Position numbers and translations under genes: made by a program. This document shows positions 37,955 to 51,194 of a DNA stretch of 64,000 nucleotides, piece by piece. The notes below the pieces were generated by a model. The model had not been told where the DNA came from and did not search any database. It was given only the letters and a program-made list of their open reading frames with translations. This DNA is from Stegostoma tigrinum. Lineage: Eukaryota. Location: contig NC_081383.1 in the NCBI RefSeq assembly GCF_030684315.1, positions 19,947,942 through 20,011,941 of the forward strand. Direction: 5' to 3'. How positions within the stretch are numbered: position 1 is the stretch's first letter; every line of letters begins with the position of its first letter.

Positions 37955-38910
37955 ATAGTCATACAGCATTGAAACAGGTCCTTTGGCTCACCATGCCTAT
38001 CCTGATCAACAACACCAAACTGCACTAATCTCATATCTCATGTATCTGCATTTGGTCCATAGCCTACAATGCACTGGCATTTTAAGTGCTCATCCAGATG
38101 CTTCTTAAATGTTGTGAGAGTACCTGCCTCCACCACCTTCTCAGACAGCATGTTCCATATTTCCACCATTCTCTGAGTAAAGAATGTTTCCTCAGATCTC
38201 CATTAAATCACTTACTCCTCACCTTAAACATATACCTTGTGGTCTTATGCACATCTGCTATGTGGAAAAGATTCTCATGACTGCTCTGTCTATGCTTCTG
38301 AAAGTTTTGTACTCATCAGTAAGATGTCCCCTCAGGGTCCTTTACTCCAAGGATAACAAATCTAGCCTACCCTGTCTGTCCAAGTAACTGAGACTTTTTA
38401 TTCCAGGCAACATCCTAGGAACCTCCTCAGTAACCTCTCTGGTGCAATCACATCCTTCTGATAGTGTGGCAAACAGAACTGCTCACGGTATTCCATTTGT
38501 GGCCTGACTAATGTTGTATAAAATTGTAACAAGGCTTCCTTGTTCCTATATCTAAACCCTGGCTAATGAAGGCATGTACCCTGTGTGCCTTCTTTACTAC
38601 CCTGTCTATCTGTGCTGACACCTTCAGGTACTTGTACATTAAAGTTCCTTTGTTGCTCAGTACTCCCTAGGGACCTACCATTCATTATGCGTGACCTTAC
38701 CCTACTAGCTCTCCCAAATACATCACCTCACACTTATCTGGACTAAATTCCATCTGCCGTTGCTTTGCCTAGTTTACCAGCTGATCAATTTTAGCCTGAG
38801 ACTAACCGCCTCACAATCAACAACACAAGCAATTTTCGTGCCATCTGTAATAACTAATAATATCTTTTGCCTTTACATCCAAGTTGTTAATATACAGAAC
38901 AAACAGCAAG
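37955..38910 (-). mobile_element. Old CR1 3' fragment
   Basis: Reverse CR1 3' UTR and RT C-terminal remnants (ccaggcaacatcc, aaattccatctgcc). Confidence 0.75.
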
Positions 38911-38937
38911 GATGTAGTTGCAGTCATGTGCAACATT

Positions 38938-41286
38938 AGGGTGGAACATAAAAATACCTGTTTTAAGGAATTCACGTTAACTTTGCAATCTGTAATTTAC
39001 TCACCAAAGTACTAAATATTGGTTTCTCTCATGAATGTTAGGGTCGAAGGATCTCTGAACTCTGTTGATATCCAGAATGCTTCCCAGAGACGAGCAATGT
39101 TTCATCAATATAACTTGCATCCACCTTGTGAAGAGGCTGCTTAAATCTGACCTAGTAGTCGCATAACTTGGCCCTGTGGCTAAACTAACAGTTGATCAGA
39201 CAGGGGATGATGTAAAGTATACATACAGATGTGAGATTCTATTTACAATAAATTATAATCCATGCCACCAATGTGCCTTCTGAATCTTTTCTTTGTGCTT
39301 GTCCCCTGGGTATTCCGAGGGCCCGCAGTTAAAGCGAAGAGGGCCCGACCTGTAGTGAAGCTGATTGACCTGAACGATTTGGGCAGATGAGTCCAGGTAC
39401 ATTTTAGAGCTAAAGGGCTCAAACATGCTAACAGTGTCCTGCCCAAAGGCAGGCTCACCATCCTTAAATACAGCTCCCACTGTGGTGGGGATCACAGACA
39501 GGACGGGGTTTAGCATATCTGGAATGTCCTGACTGGAGAGTTCTGCAGCGCCTGTATGTGGTTCCTCCTCTGATTCTGTGCCTGATGGCAGCAGCCTATC
39601 TCCTTGAGATGAAGGGGCACTTGGAGTAAAGTCTGTCTGTTGCCTTGCCACTGATGCTGAGCACCAATGGCTAAATGACGGAGTGCGGGTTTATGTCTGT
39701 GTCAGGCACCCACTGAGGTATTCTTCTAGATTTGGCTTTGAATGGCAACTCCCAACCTATCCATGAAGGCAGCCAAATGCAGGACTATGCTGATAACAGT
39801 GGCTCACACAAACTTGCCTGGTGTTCCAATGTCTGTGAATTTGCACAGAGTTAGTAATTACTGACACCAAGGTATCATATTCTGCCTGAGGCTGAGCATG
39901 TGCTTGGTCTCAAGCAGTCCTCTGAATGCCAGTGACCTGGGTCATTTCTTTCTTGGCCCACTGCAGGGACATGCAAATAATATTTTCACCAGATTGTGCT
40001 CCCAAGTTTAATCTAGATAAAGTCCAATCAAAGTGAATGTATCTGAGTTGTGGAGGTTCCAGGAGAAAACCCGACCAGTATCTCCTCTGAGGAGTTTGCT
40101 GGCAGTTTGGTCCCTTGTGGAAAAGGGTGTATGAGTAGTGCTAGTGCCTGAATAAGAGAAGAGAGTAAATTAGTTGCACAATAGGGGTAGAAGCTTAAAT
40201 AATCACTGTGGTGGTAAAGGAGACAGGTGTAGGACAGCACAATGAAACTTACATGGTTGTCTTGACATAGAAGTCTTGGCATTCACTCGTGAGCAGATTC
40301 TATCCTCTCCTGCAAGTTCAAGGATTTTCTCCTTACAGTGGGTGAAAAGAGAAATGTCAACCACGCATCTTTGCCTTTTCTGAACTTTTCAGGTTATTTT
40401 CCCCTGTAGTAATGTGAACTGAGGGACTGAGAGAGATGAAAGTGCCTGGGAGGTCTGTTAGTTGTGGTGGAGGAGCATGGAAGGCTGTGAGGTGTCCCTA
40501 AAGAATGAGTAGGAAGTGCAAGGGAGGCCTAGTAGTTTAGGAAGATTCAGTGCATGACAGTCATTGAGGAAAAGTTGCTGCAAGCAATGAAACACATGAA
40601 TATGCAAGGAATGGAGAGATATGGACCAAGGACAGGCAGAAAGGATTAGTTTATTTTGCCATCATGTTCGGCACAACATTGTGGGCTGAAGGATGAATTT
40701 CTGCACTGTACTGTTTGATGTTCAATAGTGAGGCAGGCAGACCATTAGCTTTTGTGGGACGTTTATGAAATGGCAGAGTTAGAGTCAGTATGAGGTAGCA
40801 GAGAGAAGAGGGCGGCACTTATTAAATTGCTACCTGTTTCTAATGATTATGGAAATTCACTGACCTGAGTGGCTATCTTAGTTCAGTCTGGCAGTGTCTG
40901 GTACTGCACTCTCCATTGGCAGCCCTGAAGAAAGAGGATGGCCCTCCTATCCACCAGAACCTTCAGCTGTCCAATAATGAACCAAAAAACCAACCTCCTT
41001 TCCTCAACCATCTCCTTTCGAACTGCAGTAGAACAATGCACTTGGAATGGTACTTTCTGGCTTGCAGCATTGAACTGAGTTTAAACATGGCAGCCACATT
41101 CTCACTGCTGGAAGATGCTGGCAACTGTGAACAATTCTGCCTTTAAGTCTGCACGATTTAATGAGAAGGGCACTGTGGAGTCCAGATGCATTATTAATGA
41201 GAGCATTGCCATGGACCATGAATGGGAACCCTCCATGAAAGTCCCTGAAAATGTCACTAAGTCAAAAGATGGGAAAACTCAGCCCA
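38938..41286 (-). mobile_element. Decayed PIF/Harbinger element carrying intron-containing Myb/SANT-like gene
   Basis: Exon about 41010-40820: MVEERRLVFWFIIGQLKVLVDRRAILFLQG..QTLPD*TKIATQVS. Exon about 40403-40253: ..LFTHCKEKILELAGEDRICS|gtaag. Low-complexity C-terminus at 39253-39651. Ends are approximate. Confidence 0.6.
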
Positions 41287-41898
41287 TTGTTTTTAATCAA
41301 ACCAGGATGTTCATTGTTATTCACTTTAATGTTTTAGTTATACCAAACATTTATTTACTTTTCTGAAATCACTACAATTGTATTCCAACCTAATTTCATA
41401 ATCTATACTCATAGGTAAAATGATTTTATGGCAAGTGAGGAAGCTCACAAAACTACCATTAGTATCAGCCTCGAAGATAGTGGAGAATGTGAACAGCAAA
41501 TGATACGTGTGTCCTCTCCTTCTGGTGGTGCTCACTCCTGTACAGTAGTGATAGTAAACTTGCTACCAATTTCATATTCTTGTTTAAAAGCAATGTTAAA
41601 ACTTTCTTTCTTAGGCAGGATTCCTTGTTTCACAAACTTGGCTCTGGGATGGTTAAGATTCTTCACATTGGCATACAGGAAAAACAGGGCAAATGACTGG
41701 CAACTATCACAGAGTTAATCTTGTGAAAATCCTCATTAGTGTTACTGTTGCTCTAGCTACACTGTTTTGTTCGAGAAAGAACAAACAAACCTTGATTAAT
41801 GAATAATATGGTTGGGTAATATGCCATCTATCACTTTATAATTTCTTCAAATGTGAATAATGTAATAGTAACATTCAATGCATTAGATTGAATGCATC

Positions 41899-44043
41899 TA
41901 GAACATAGAACATAGAACAGTACAGCACAGAACAGGCCCTTCAGCACACAATGTTGTGCCGACCATTGATCCTCATGTATGCACCCTCAAATTTCTGTGA
42001 CCATATGCACGTCCAGCAGTCTTTTAAATGACCCCAATGACCTTGCTTCCACAACTGCTGCTGGCAACGCATTCCATGCTCTCACAACTCTCTGTGTAAA
42101 GAACCCGCCTCTGACATCCCCTCTATACTTTCCTCCAACCAGCTTAAAACTATGACCCCTCGTGTTAGCCATTTCTGCCCTGGGAAATAGTCTCTGGCTA
42201 TCAACTCTGTCTATGCCTCTCATTATCTTGTATACCTCAATTAGGTCCCCTCTCCTCCTCCTTTTCTCCAATGAAAAAAGTCCGAGCTCAGTCAACCTCT
42301 CTTCATAAGATAAGCCCTCCAGTCCAGGCAGCATCCTGGTAAACCTCCTCTGAACCCTCTCCAAAGCATCCACATCTTTCCTATAATAGGGCGACCAGAA
42401 CTGGACGCAGTATTCCAAGTGCGGTCTAACCAAAGTCGTATAGAGCTGCAACAAGATCTCATGACTCTTAAACTCAATCCCCCTGTTAATGAAAGCCAAA
42501 ACACCATATGCTTTCTTAACAACCCTGTCCACTTGGGTGGCCATTTTAAGGGATCTATGTATCTGCACACCAAGATCCCTCTGTTCCTCCACACTGCCAA
42601 GAATCCTATCCTTAATCCTGTACTCAGCTTTCAAATTCGACCTTCCAAAATGCATCACCTCGCATTTATCCAGGTTAAACTCCATCTGCCACCTCTCAGC
42701 CATTCTCTGCATCCTGTCAATGTCCCGCAGCAGCCTACAACAGCCCTCTATACTGTCAACGACACCTCCGACCTTTGTGTCGTCTGCAAACTTGCTGACC
42801 CATCCTTCAATCCCCTCATCCAGATCATTAATAAAAATTACAAACAGTAGAGGGCCAAGGACAGAGCCCGGTGGAACACCACTCATCACTGACTTCCAGG
42901 CAGAATATTTTCCTTCTACTACCACTCGCTGTCTTCTGTTGGCCAGCCAATTCTGTATCCAGACAGCCAAGTTCTCCTGTATCCCATTCCTCCTGACCTT
43001 CTGAATGAGCCTACCATGGGAAACCTTATCAAATGCCTTGCTGAAGTCCATATACACCACATCCACAGCTCGACCCTCATCAACTTTTCTAGTCACATCC
43101 TCAAAGAACTTGATAAGGTTTGAGAGGCATGACCTGCCCCTCACAAAGCGGTGTTGACTGCATTTAATCAAGCCATGCTCTTCCAGGTGGTCATAAATCC
43201 TATCCCTCAGAATCCTTTCTAACACCTTGCAGACGACAGACGTGAGACTTACTGGTCTGTAATTGCCGGGGATTTCCCTATTTCCTTTCTTGAAGAGAGG
43301 AATTACATTTGCCTCTCTCCAGTCCTCAGGTACGACTCCAGTGGAGAGCGAGGATGCAAAGATCTTCGCAAGTGGCGAAGCAATTGCATTTCTCGTTTCC
43401 CAAAGCAGCCGAGGACAAATCTGGTCCGGGCCTGGCGATTTGTCAATCTTAATGTTTGACAAAATTTTCAGCACATCAGCTTCCTCTATCTCTATCCATT
43501 CCAGCATGCATACCTGCTCTTCAAAGGTTTCATTCACTACAAAGTTCGTTTCTTTCATAAAGACAGAAGCAAAAAACTCATTTAGGGCTTCCCCTACCAC
43601 CTCGGACTCCACACACAAGTTCCCTATACTATCCCTGATTGGCCCTACTCTTTCTTTGACCATTCTCTTATTCCTCACATAAGTGTAAAATGCCTTTGTG
43701 TTGTCCCTAATCCGTTCTGCCAAGCCTTTCTCGTGCCCCCTCCTGGCTCTCTTCAGACCATTTTTGAGCTCCTTCCTTGCCTGCGTGTAATCCTCACTAG
43801 CTGAACTTGACCCTAGCTTCCTCCACCTTATGTAAGCTACCTTCTTCCTTTTCACAAGAAGCTCCACCGCTCTCGTCATCCAAGGTTCCTTTATCTTACC
43901 CCTTCTTGCCTGTCTCAGAGGGACATATTTACTCATCACTCGCAACAACTGTTCCTTAAACAGTCTCCACATGTCTATAGTGCCTTTACCATGGAACAAT
44001 TGCTCCCAGTCCATGCTTCCTAACTCACGTCTAATCGCATTAC
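41899..44043 (-). mobile_element. Young 5'-truncated CR1 LINE with uninterrupted RT reading frame
   Basis: ORF 41987-44155 (LINE homology from about 44043): KSPGPD, NYRPVSLTSVVCK, DFSKAFDKV, GSVLGPLLF, FADD and LVRPHLEYC. The tail is (tagaaca)n. Confidence 0.97.
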
Positions 44044-45739
44044 CTGAGTGTGAAACGTAAGGCTGAATGAGAGCAGTAATGGGGCAGATACCAACTTTTA
44101 AATGAGATGTTAAACTAAGGTAGCATCTGACTTGATTGATTTTTTTTGTTGTCACATACTAAGATACAGTGAAAAATGTTTTTTGTATGTTACAAAGGGA
44201 GATTGTACCATACAAAACGCATCAGGGTAGCAAGACAGAGTGCAGAATGCAGTGTTACAGCTGCAGAGAGGGCGCAGACAGAGATCAGAAATAACATCTG
44301 AGAGGTCTGTTCCAAAGTCTGATAACAGCGAGGAAGGAGCTGTTCTTTGATCTGTTTGTGCGCATATTCAAACTTTTATATCTTTTGCCCAATGAAAGAG
44401 GCCAGAAAAGAGCATGTCTGGGGTGAAAGGGTCTTTGATTACGTTGGTTGCTTTCCTGAGGGCAGTGGCTGCAAGTTTGGTTTGCATAATGGACTGGGCT
44501 GTGTTCATAACTCTCTGTTTGCTCAAGTAAATGTAAAAGGTCTCCTCACCAGGAAATTCATCCTAGTGTTCTGGCATTGTCTATCCAACAATCAACATCA
44601 CAAAAATAGATTATCTGGTGACTAAACATAATTATTTGCATAAATTTGTTTTGTACAAATCAGCTACCACGTTTCCTACATTATAACCATGTGAAAAGTA
44701 CAGAAGTATTTCATTGGTTATACATTTTTCTGGGAAAATTCAGTAATCGTGAAAAGCCAATATGAAGAGAAGTCTTTCTTTCTTTGTGGTTGTTGCCTGG
44801 AGCTTGTGTTCTGTGACTGTTTCCTGCCACTTATCAGGCCACATCTGAATGTGGTCTATGCCTTGCTGCATTCAGGCTTCAGATTGCTTCATTATCTGAT
44901 GAGTTACGAATGGAACTGTACATTAAACAATCATAATTGAACATGGTAACTTCTGGCCTTACGATGGAAGGAAGATTATTGATGATTATTGGTCTCAGGA
45001 TACTGCCTCTGAAGACCTCTTGCAGTGCTGTCCTGGGGATGAGACACTATAACCACCTTCTTTTCTGCTGGGTATGACTCCAAGCAGTAGAAAGTTTCAC
45101 CCCTCTCCTGTCAATTCACATGGATAACAATTTTACCAGGACTCCTTGATGTCACATTTAGTCAAATTCCACCTGATGCCAAGGGCAGCCACTCTCATCT
45201 CACTTCTGGATTTCAACTTGTGCATCCATATTTGAACAAAGGCTGAAAAGAGATCCTGAGCAAAGTCATCCTGATAGAACTCAAACGGAACAGCATTGAG
45301 CAGGCTATTGGTGAGTAAACTACTTGATAGCACTGTTGGCAATACCATCCATGATTTTGCTGATAGTCAATACACTGTGGATTTTAAATGGTAAATATGA
45401 ACACACAACGGATGAGGATTCCTTATTTAACAGAATGCAAATGAGAGAAATGTGTTGCAAGGCAGTTATACTTTCAGGGAGTAAAGTGATACCAGAATCC
45501 ATGAAAGCAAAATACAAGCGATAAAACAAAAGAGCCCAATGTAGCCATGGAATCCTCAAACATACTGGGTCTGCTTATATAGCAGGGTTGATTTCTGATG
45601 ATTAGAATGCAAAGAATCTGGGTGAGTGATACACTTGCATGGTGGGCCATGGAGACATTTAAATTTCTAGGCACATTTCAAAATCTATACTCAGCTCTCA
45701 GATGAACCTGGCAGAAATCACTGCTTGTACAGCAGAACC

Positions 45740-45836
45740 TTTCTGAAGAAGGGTCGAGGCTCGAAACATCAGCCTTCCTGCTCCTCTGATGCTGCTTGGC
45801 CTGCTGTGTTCATCCAGCTCTACACCTTGTTATCTC
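45740..45836 (+). mobile_element. Solo Neptune terminus with hammerhead motif
   Basis: CTGAAGA-agggtcgaggctc-GAAA-catcag followed by the pLTR end ..ctgctgtgttcatccagctctacaccttgttatctc. Confidence 0.7.
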
Positions 45837-47133
45837 AACAGAGAGAGCAGATCTGCAGGCAGCAGGAAGCTTCCAGCATGACCCAAAGAAGCTGTCATTG
45901 ACAGGCAGGTGGTGTGGGGAGCAGGGGGAGACAATGCATTGTAACATCACAAGCGCTTGAACATAATGTACAGAGTGACACTTCATAACGTGGTTGCACC
46001 CTTGCCCACTGTGGCCCTTGCACATGTGCGCATGCACACACACACAAACACCACATACTATAAAACCTTATGCATTTTGATTGTATGCACACAGTAACAG
46101 GATAAGTATTCTCTAAATATCTGAAATTTTGTGATTGATTGGTATGTTCTAAACTGGCAATTCCTTCTGTGTTCTGGATACGAAGCTGGTTTACTTCAAA
46201 GTAAGCAAAACTGATCTCAAACTCTTGGCAGGCACTACTAAATATGTAATTAGTCCCAAATTATGAAACAATCTAATTACAGAAGATTCTAAGGCTCCGC
46301 GTAATTGGATCTTCTGGCACAGGTTTCTCCTACTGCAATTTATGTGATGTACCAATGGAACGGTGATCAAGATTTTGCTGTCCCATTCATTCACACACAC
46401 AAACGCACACACACAAAATTAAAAGTAAAGTGCAGTACAAAAGGACAATAATAGAATATACATTTTGGGGCCCTTCCAGTGTCCTTGAGGCATAAGATTT
46501 TAGTCTGAAACCACAGTTGGCTATTGGGTTTAGGTACTGTCAATAGTAGTGAAGGTTGCTTTTATTGATTAAGTTCAAAGCTCCTGATGCTTTTCTCTGT
46601 TGTTTCTGTGGGAACTGGCTGCTTTTCTTCATATTGGGCAAAGGGAAAGAGTTTTCAGCCCAAGTTCAGGTCTGTATGCTTAATTTCATCTTCCTTGCTC
46701 TGATAAAGAAGCCCCTTGGAATAACAACTTGTTGTATATTCTGTGTCTGCTGAAGATTTTGTCTTCAGGATTGATTATTGTAAGGAAGGTTCCATTGTGT
46801 GAAGATTTTTGACATGGTGCAATTTGAAATTGGTGATGATGACTTTTTCACACCTCCCAGGGGTATCTGACACACTTAGTTGCTTTTGGGGAAAGATGTT
46901 CATTTTGGCTCAGGATATCTCTTGACTAACCTACATTGGTTACAATGAAACGCAGTGAACCTGTGTGGATCAGGGATGCCCATGCCCATTTTAAGTCTGA
47001 TTTTTGGTCCCTTTTTAAAACCATTTCAGTCCATGAAACCCTTAGGTATTTAAGTAGAATATTCAAAGATCACCAGCCCATAGTTTATATCATTTTGACA
47101 ATGTTCTGACCATTTTGATAGTTCTATGACTTG

Positions 47134-49082
47134 GGGCAGGATTTAAATGGGCCAACAAAGTGTGCTATGCAGGGAAATATGGGATAATCATGTGAAAAGT
47201 CAGGTGAGGCCTTTCTTGATATCAGAATTAAATAGTTGTATTTTCAAAAAAGATTTCTGGGTGCTGAGATGTAGGGCTGGCTTACAAATGGTGATGTACC
47301 AACTGAGGGGGTTACTGTTGTTAACAGTTAACCTTACGCCATTACTATACTACCTATCACAAGGAAGGTAAACACTGACAATTCTTACATAAAAGTCAGT
47401 GCTGGTAGCTAGCAACTTCAGTTCACTCCTTGACCTCTGGACCATCTCTGACGTCAGACAGTAACCCTTGAGTATGCATCAAGGCACAATCCAGGGCACA
47501 AACCTACATCCACTGACTTATCCATCCATACAATCATATGCTCGGGGCAGCTAAATCTCCAGAGCAGAGCTGCAGTCATGCACTTCGGCCATTGCCTCTC
47601 ATATACCTTTTTGATACTCCTGTGTCTGTTTGTGCATTTGCTTGAAGTCCTTGATTGCCAATACTATGGGGTCTTCATCTGGCTGAGGCTGAACTGATGC
47701 CTGGTCTCCAGCAGTCCTTTGAGTGTCAGTGACCTTCCTCAATCAGTTACGGGATGTGCGGCCCTGATGTGCGCACTAATTTGTGTAGCTGATTAAAATT
47801 TAACTACAGTTCCAAGCAAGGTGTTAATTTTTGATCTTGTGAGGGGTGTAGCCTCGTCTATGCATCTTCTGACCAATGAAATCTCCTCCTCAGGACGGCT
47901 TTTCTTGTGGGTCAGCCTGCTGAAGCATCCAGGCAATGGCCACCCCTCTTGAACCTGGAAGACACAGGATTAAGGTCAAGGGCTATAGGTTGTGAACAAT
48001 GAAAGACATTGACAATGGGATTAATTTGAGATTTGCATTAGAATGAAGAATGGTAATCACTCAGTTTGCCGGAGTTGGATATCTTAGCATCCCTGCAGGA
48101 GTGGTCTCAGTCTCCTCCCACTAGGGCTGTGATTCGCTCCTTGTGGTGGGTGAAGAGCCTACTGTCAGGCACCTCACCACATGTGCCAGCCCTTTCCACC
48201 ATATTGTGGCCTCTCTTCTGTAATGAGTGAAATTTACACATGGAGTTAGCTGAAAGTGGAAGCACAACTGTAGTGCCTCTGCAGGTCAAAAAAAGGAGGA
48301 GAGGTTCGCCAAGTGAGAGAGTACGCAGGGCAGAGGACATCCAGGATAATTCAGATGGGAGGTTGGGGGGACGGTGGGTTGAAGCGGGGAGGGTGGTTTA
48401 GAGCGAATGAGGCATGATAATAGATGCAACAGTGAAAATGGTAGACCATTAGCTATGGTGGGAGGTAAGCATCGTCATAGGGATAGAGAAAGTGTCAGAT
48501 AGCAGAGAGAAGATGGTGCCACTTACTCTGATGGAGCAGAGAAATTTATTGATCTTCTTGTGGCATTGTTATGCGTTCTTCCACGCCGGGGGCACCGGTG
48601 ACTGCACTGAGCCTGGTGTGAACATTGGCAGGATTGGCACGGTCTGATAGTGTAGCCTCCTCTGCCTATCCTGGGGGGAGAGAACTTCCCTTCTGTGCAC
48701 CACCCCATTAAACAGATTATCCAAGATGCCGTTTGCAAAGCAGGGTTCCAATTTTCCCTTGTCTGCCAATTCTGGGGAAAAAAATGACGAACTATGCAGT
48801 GCAGCTTCAGAGTGCCAGTCTCTGATTGCATGTCAGTAGTGTTTTAAAGGTGGTGTAGGTACAAGGGAATCTGATCCATTCTAGGATACCTGGTGTGATG
48901 TGTTTACTCACCTTTAGTGAGCTGATAGAATCACACTAACATTGGGGATGAGGTGCCCCATAAGAATAAATAGCTGAGTTTGGGAGTGATACAGCAAGAA
49001 ATCTCACTCCACCTCACGGAGAGAAATTCTTTGTGAAACTTGACAAAATTGACATTGAATCAAATATTGTAAGATTCAGCCT
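47134..49082 (-). mobile_element. Second decayed Harbinger Myb/SANT-gene element
   Basis: Exon 1 about 48769-48527: KGKLEPCFANGILDNLFNGVVHRREVLSPQDRQRRLHYQT..KNA*QCHKKINKFLCSIR|gtaagt. Exon 2 about 48217-48060: KRGHNMVERAGTCGEVPDSRLFTHHKERITALVG. Ends are approximate. Confidence 0.7.
48866..49026 (+). repeat. 161-bp direct repeat, copy 1 (copy 2 at 50232-50392)
   Basis: The two copies are identical except for one substitution (ttgggg/ttggag); offset 1366 bp. Confidence 0.95.
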
Positions 49083-50038
49083 TTGGATGTGAATGTGAAT
49101 GCACACCATGCTTTGTTTGTTAGGCCAATCTGAATGGTTTTGAAAGATATGCCGCAGAATGACCTCAACAAAGGCTGAACAATGTCAAACAGGGAAACCA
49201 TTTTTACTAGTGGCTGAGAACTGATTTCCATTGAAATCAGCTTGAAAGGGAAGCTACAAGGTCCAGATCCACTCCCAACACTTGAGTGAATAATCTTGGC
49301 TGACACTTCATTGTAGCTCAGAAGGAGTGCTTTGATGACATGGGTGACTTCTTTTGACTCGCCGTCAAATGAAGACTCCATCTTCCTTCTCAGGTCAGCA
49401 TAAAGATCCTTTGTCACTTTCTGAAAACTGCTCTTATTGATCTTGCCAAAAAAGCTCAGATAAAATCAATAAAACAGGTTTATTGCTATTTGGAACTGTG
49501 ACAACATCTCACCTTTTTCCTTTCAGCACTTCAAAAAGGCTGTGAAGTGCATTGAGATATTCTTAGGTCCTGAAATGTTCTGTGTAAGTGCAGGCCTTGG
49601 CAAGAGCCAGGGCTCCTTGTAGACAAACCTACATCTTTGATTCAATCCTCTCTTTTTCCTATTCCTATTTGGAATCCATTCTTCACTGAGAAGTGTTTTA
49701 GAATGTTTTACTCAGTTATAGATGCTAAGGTTAATGTTGTTGAGCTGGTTTTGAAATGTTCCGTTTTAATCATCTGGGTTAGGTTTCAGCGATTGGGTGC
49801 TATCGTCATTAACTGTTCACAAGCTAACTCCAAAGACTCTGTGGACACTACATTAGCATATGCTTTAAGCCACCTAGATATGTTTTTAATTCTTTGAAGG
49901 GATGTGGCAAGGTCAACATTTGTTGCCCATTCCTAACTGTCCTCGAGAAGTTCTTCTGAGCAGTATTATTCAGTTTGGATTCCGGTGATCTTATAAAATG
50001 TTGCAAATATAAGATTAGAAACAAATATTATGAATATT

Positions 50039-50175
50039 AGATAACAAAGTGTGAAGCTGGATGAACACAGCAGGCCGAGCAGCATCTCAGGAGCACAAAT
50101 TGCTCGGCCTGCTGTGTTCATCCAGCTTCACACTTTGTTATCTTGGATTCTCCAGCATCTGCAGTCCCCCTTATA
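50039..50175. mobile_element. Fold-back Neptune-terminus mini-element
   Basis: agataacaaagtgtgaagctggatgaacacagcaggccgagca and its exact reverse complement, around a short spacer. Confidence 0.85.
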
Positions 50176-50231
50176 TCTTCCGAATATTGGAAACGTAATT
50201 AGTTCGTTAAGACTAACACTTTCAAGTGTTA

Positions 50232-50392
50232 GGAATCTGATCCATTCTAGGATACCTGGTGTGATGTGTTTACTCACCTTTAGTGAGCTGATAGAATCAC
50301 ACTAACATTGGAGATGAGGTGCCCCATAAGAATAAATAGCTGAGTTTGGGAGTGATACAGCAAGAAATCTCACTCCACCTCACGGAGAGAAA
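50232..50392 (+). repeat. 161-bp direct repeat, copy 2
   Basis: See 48866-49026. Confidence 0.95.
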
Positions 50393-51085
50393 CTCTGGAA
50401 CAAGGAAATAAGAGGACCATATTTAACACTACACATTAATACTGCCGGCAGTAATTTCTCGCCATTACTCCTACTAAATGAAATGAAGGGCCAGATTATA
50501 AAATTGACATTTGGCAGCTTTGTTAAAATCTACCTTAATTTATTTAAAATACTTAACACTTGAATTTATGCAGAGTTTAATTTAGGAAAACAATCTTCAC
50601 AGATTGAAATGTTTGAGATATTTCGTGATCAATTCCTTGATAGATTTGACCCAGAGAGGAATTATTCTGTCCATCAGGTGCATTCTCAGTTCTAGCAGCT
50701 GTCCTTAAGGCACACGTACTGATGACACTTTCCAATCAAATCAAACATTGGTTTACTGAACTTCCTCGCGACCGATGATACTCAGAGTAAAATTTACAGT
50801 CTATTGAGACAGCGCCCTTCCCTACATTAAGCAACCCAGAGAATGTATAAAACAAGCTGTTCCTCAAATGAAATTAGATTCGAGTGCGTCATGTGATGCA
50901 ATTTCCTCCCTGCAGTCTATATGAAATATTCACTGCAAAGGACTGTACTTTAGTCCTAAATAGAAAACTTAGTCTCGTCCCGAGTTCAGACTTGACGGCA
51001 GTGGAGAAAGCGACATAGTAATATTTACCTTACTCGTTAGACTTCATGGTATCCAGCCCGACGGCAGTCTGATTGCTCTTCAATG

Positions 51086-51194
51086 TATAAAAATAGCTGC
51101 TTTAAAGGCAAAGCCGTCCGACCTACATAGTGTGCCACTGGGAGAACTCTGCGCTAAGTAGATAGCTGAGAGAAGAAAGATTGCTCGGGTAAGT
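51086..51194 (+). promoter_or_regulatory. Putative TATA promoter and non-coding first exon of an unidentified plus-strand gene
   Basis: TATAAAAA at 51086-51093 and donor CGG|GTAAGT at 51188/51189, within a CpG-retaining unique segment of about 50750-51420. Confidence 0.45.

Noticed and set aside
41987-44155. 722-aa ORF as a host gene
   Set aside because: It is CR1 ORF2, 5'-truncated. The first ~37 codons are flanking SINE sequence read in frame by chance.
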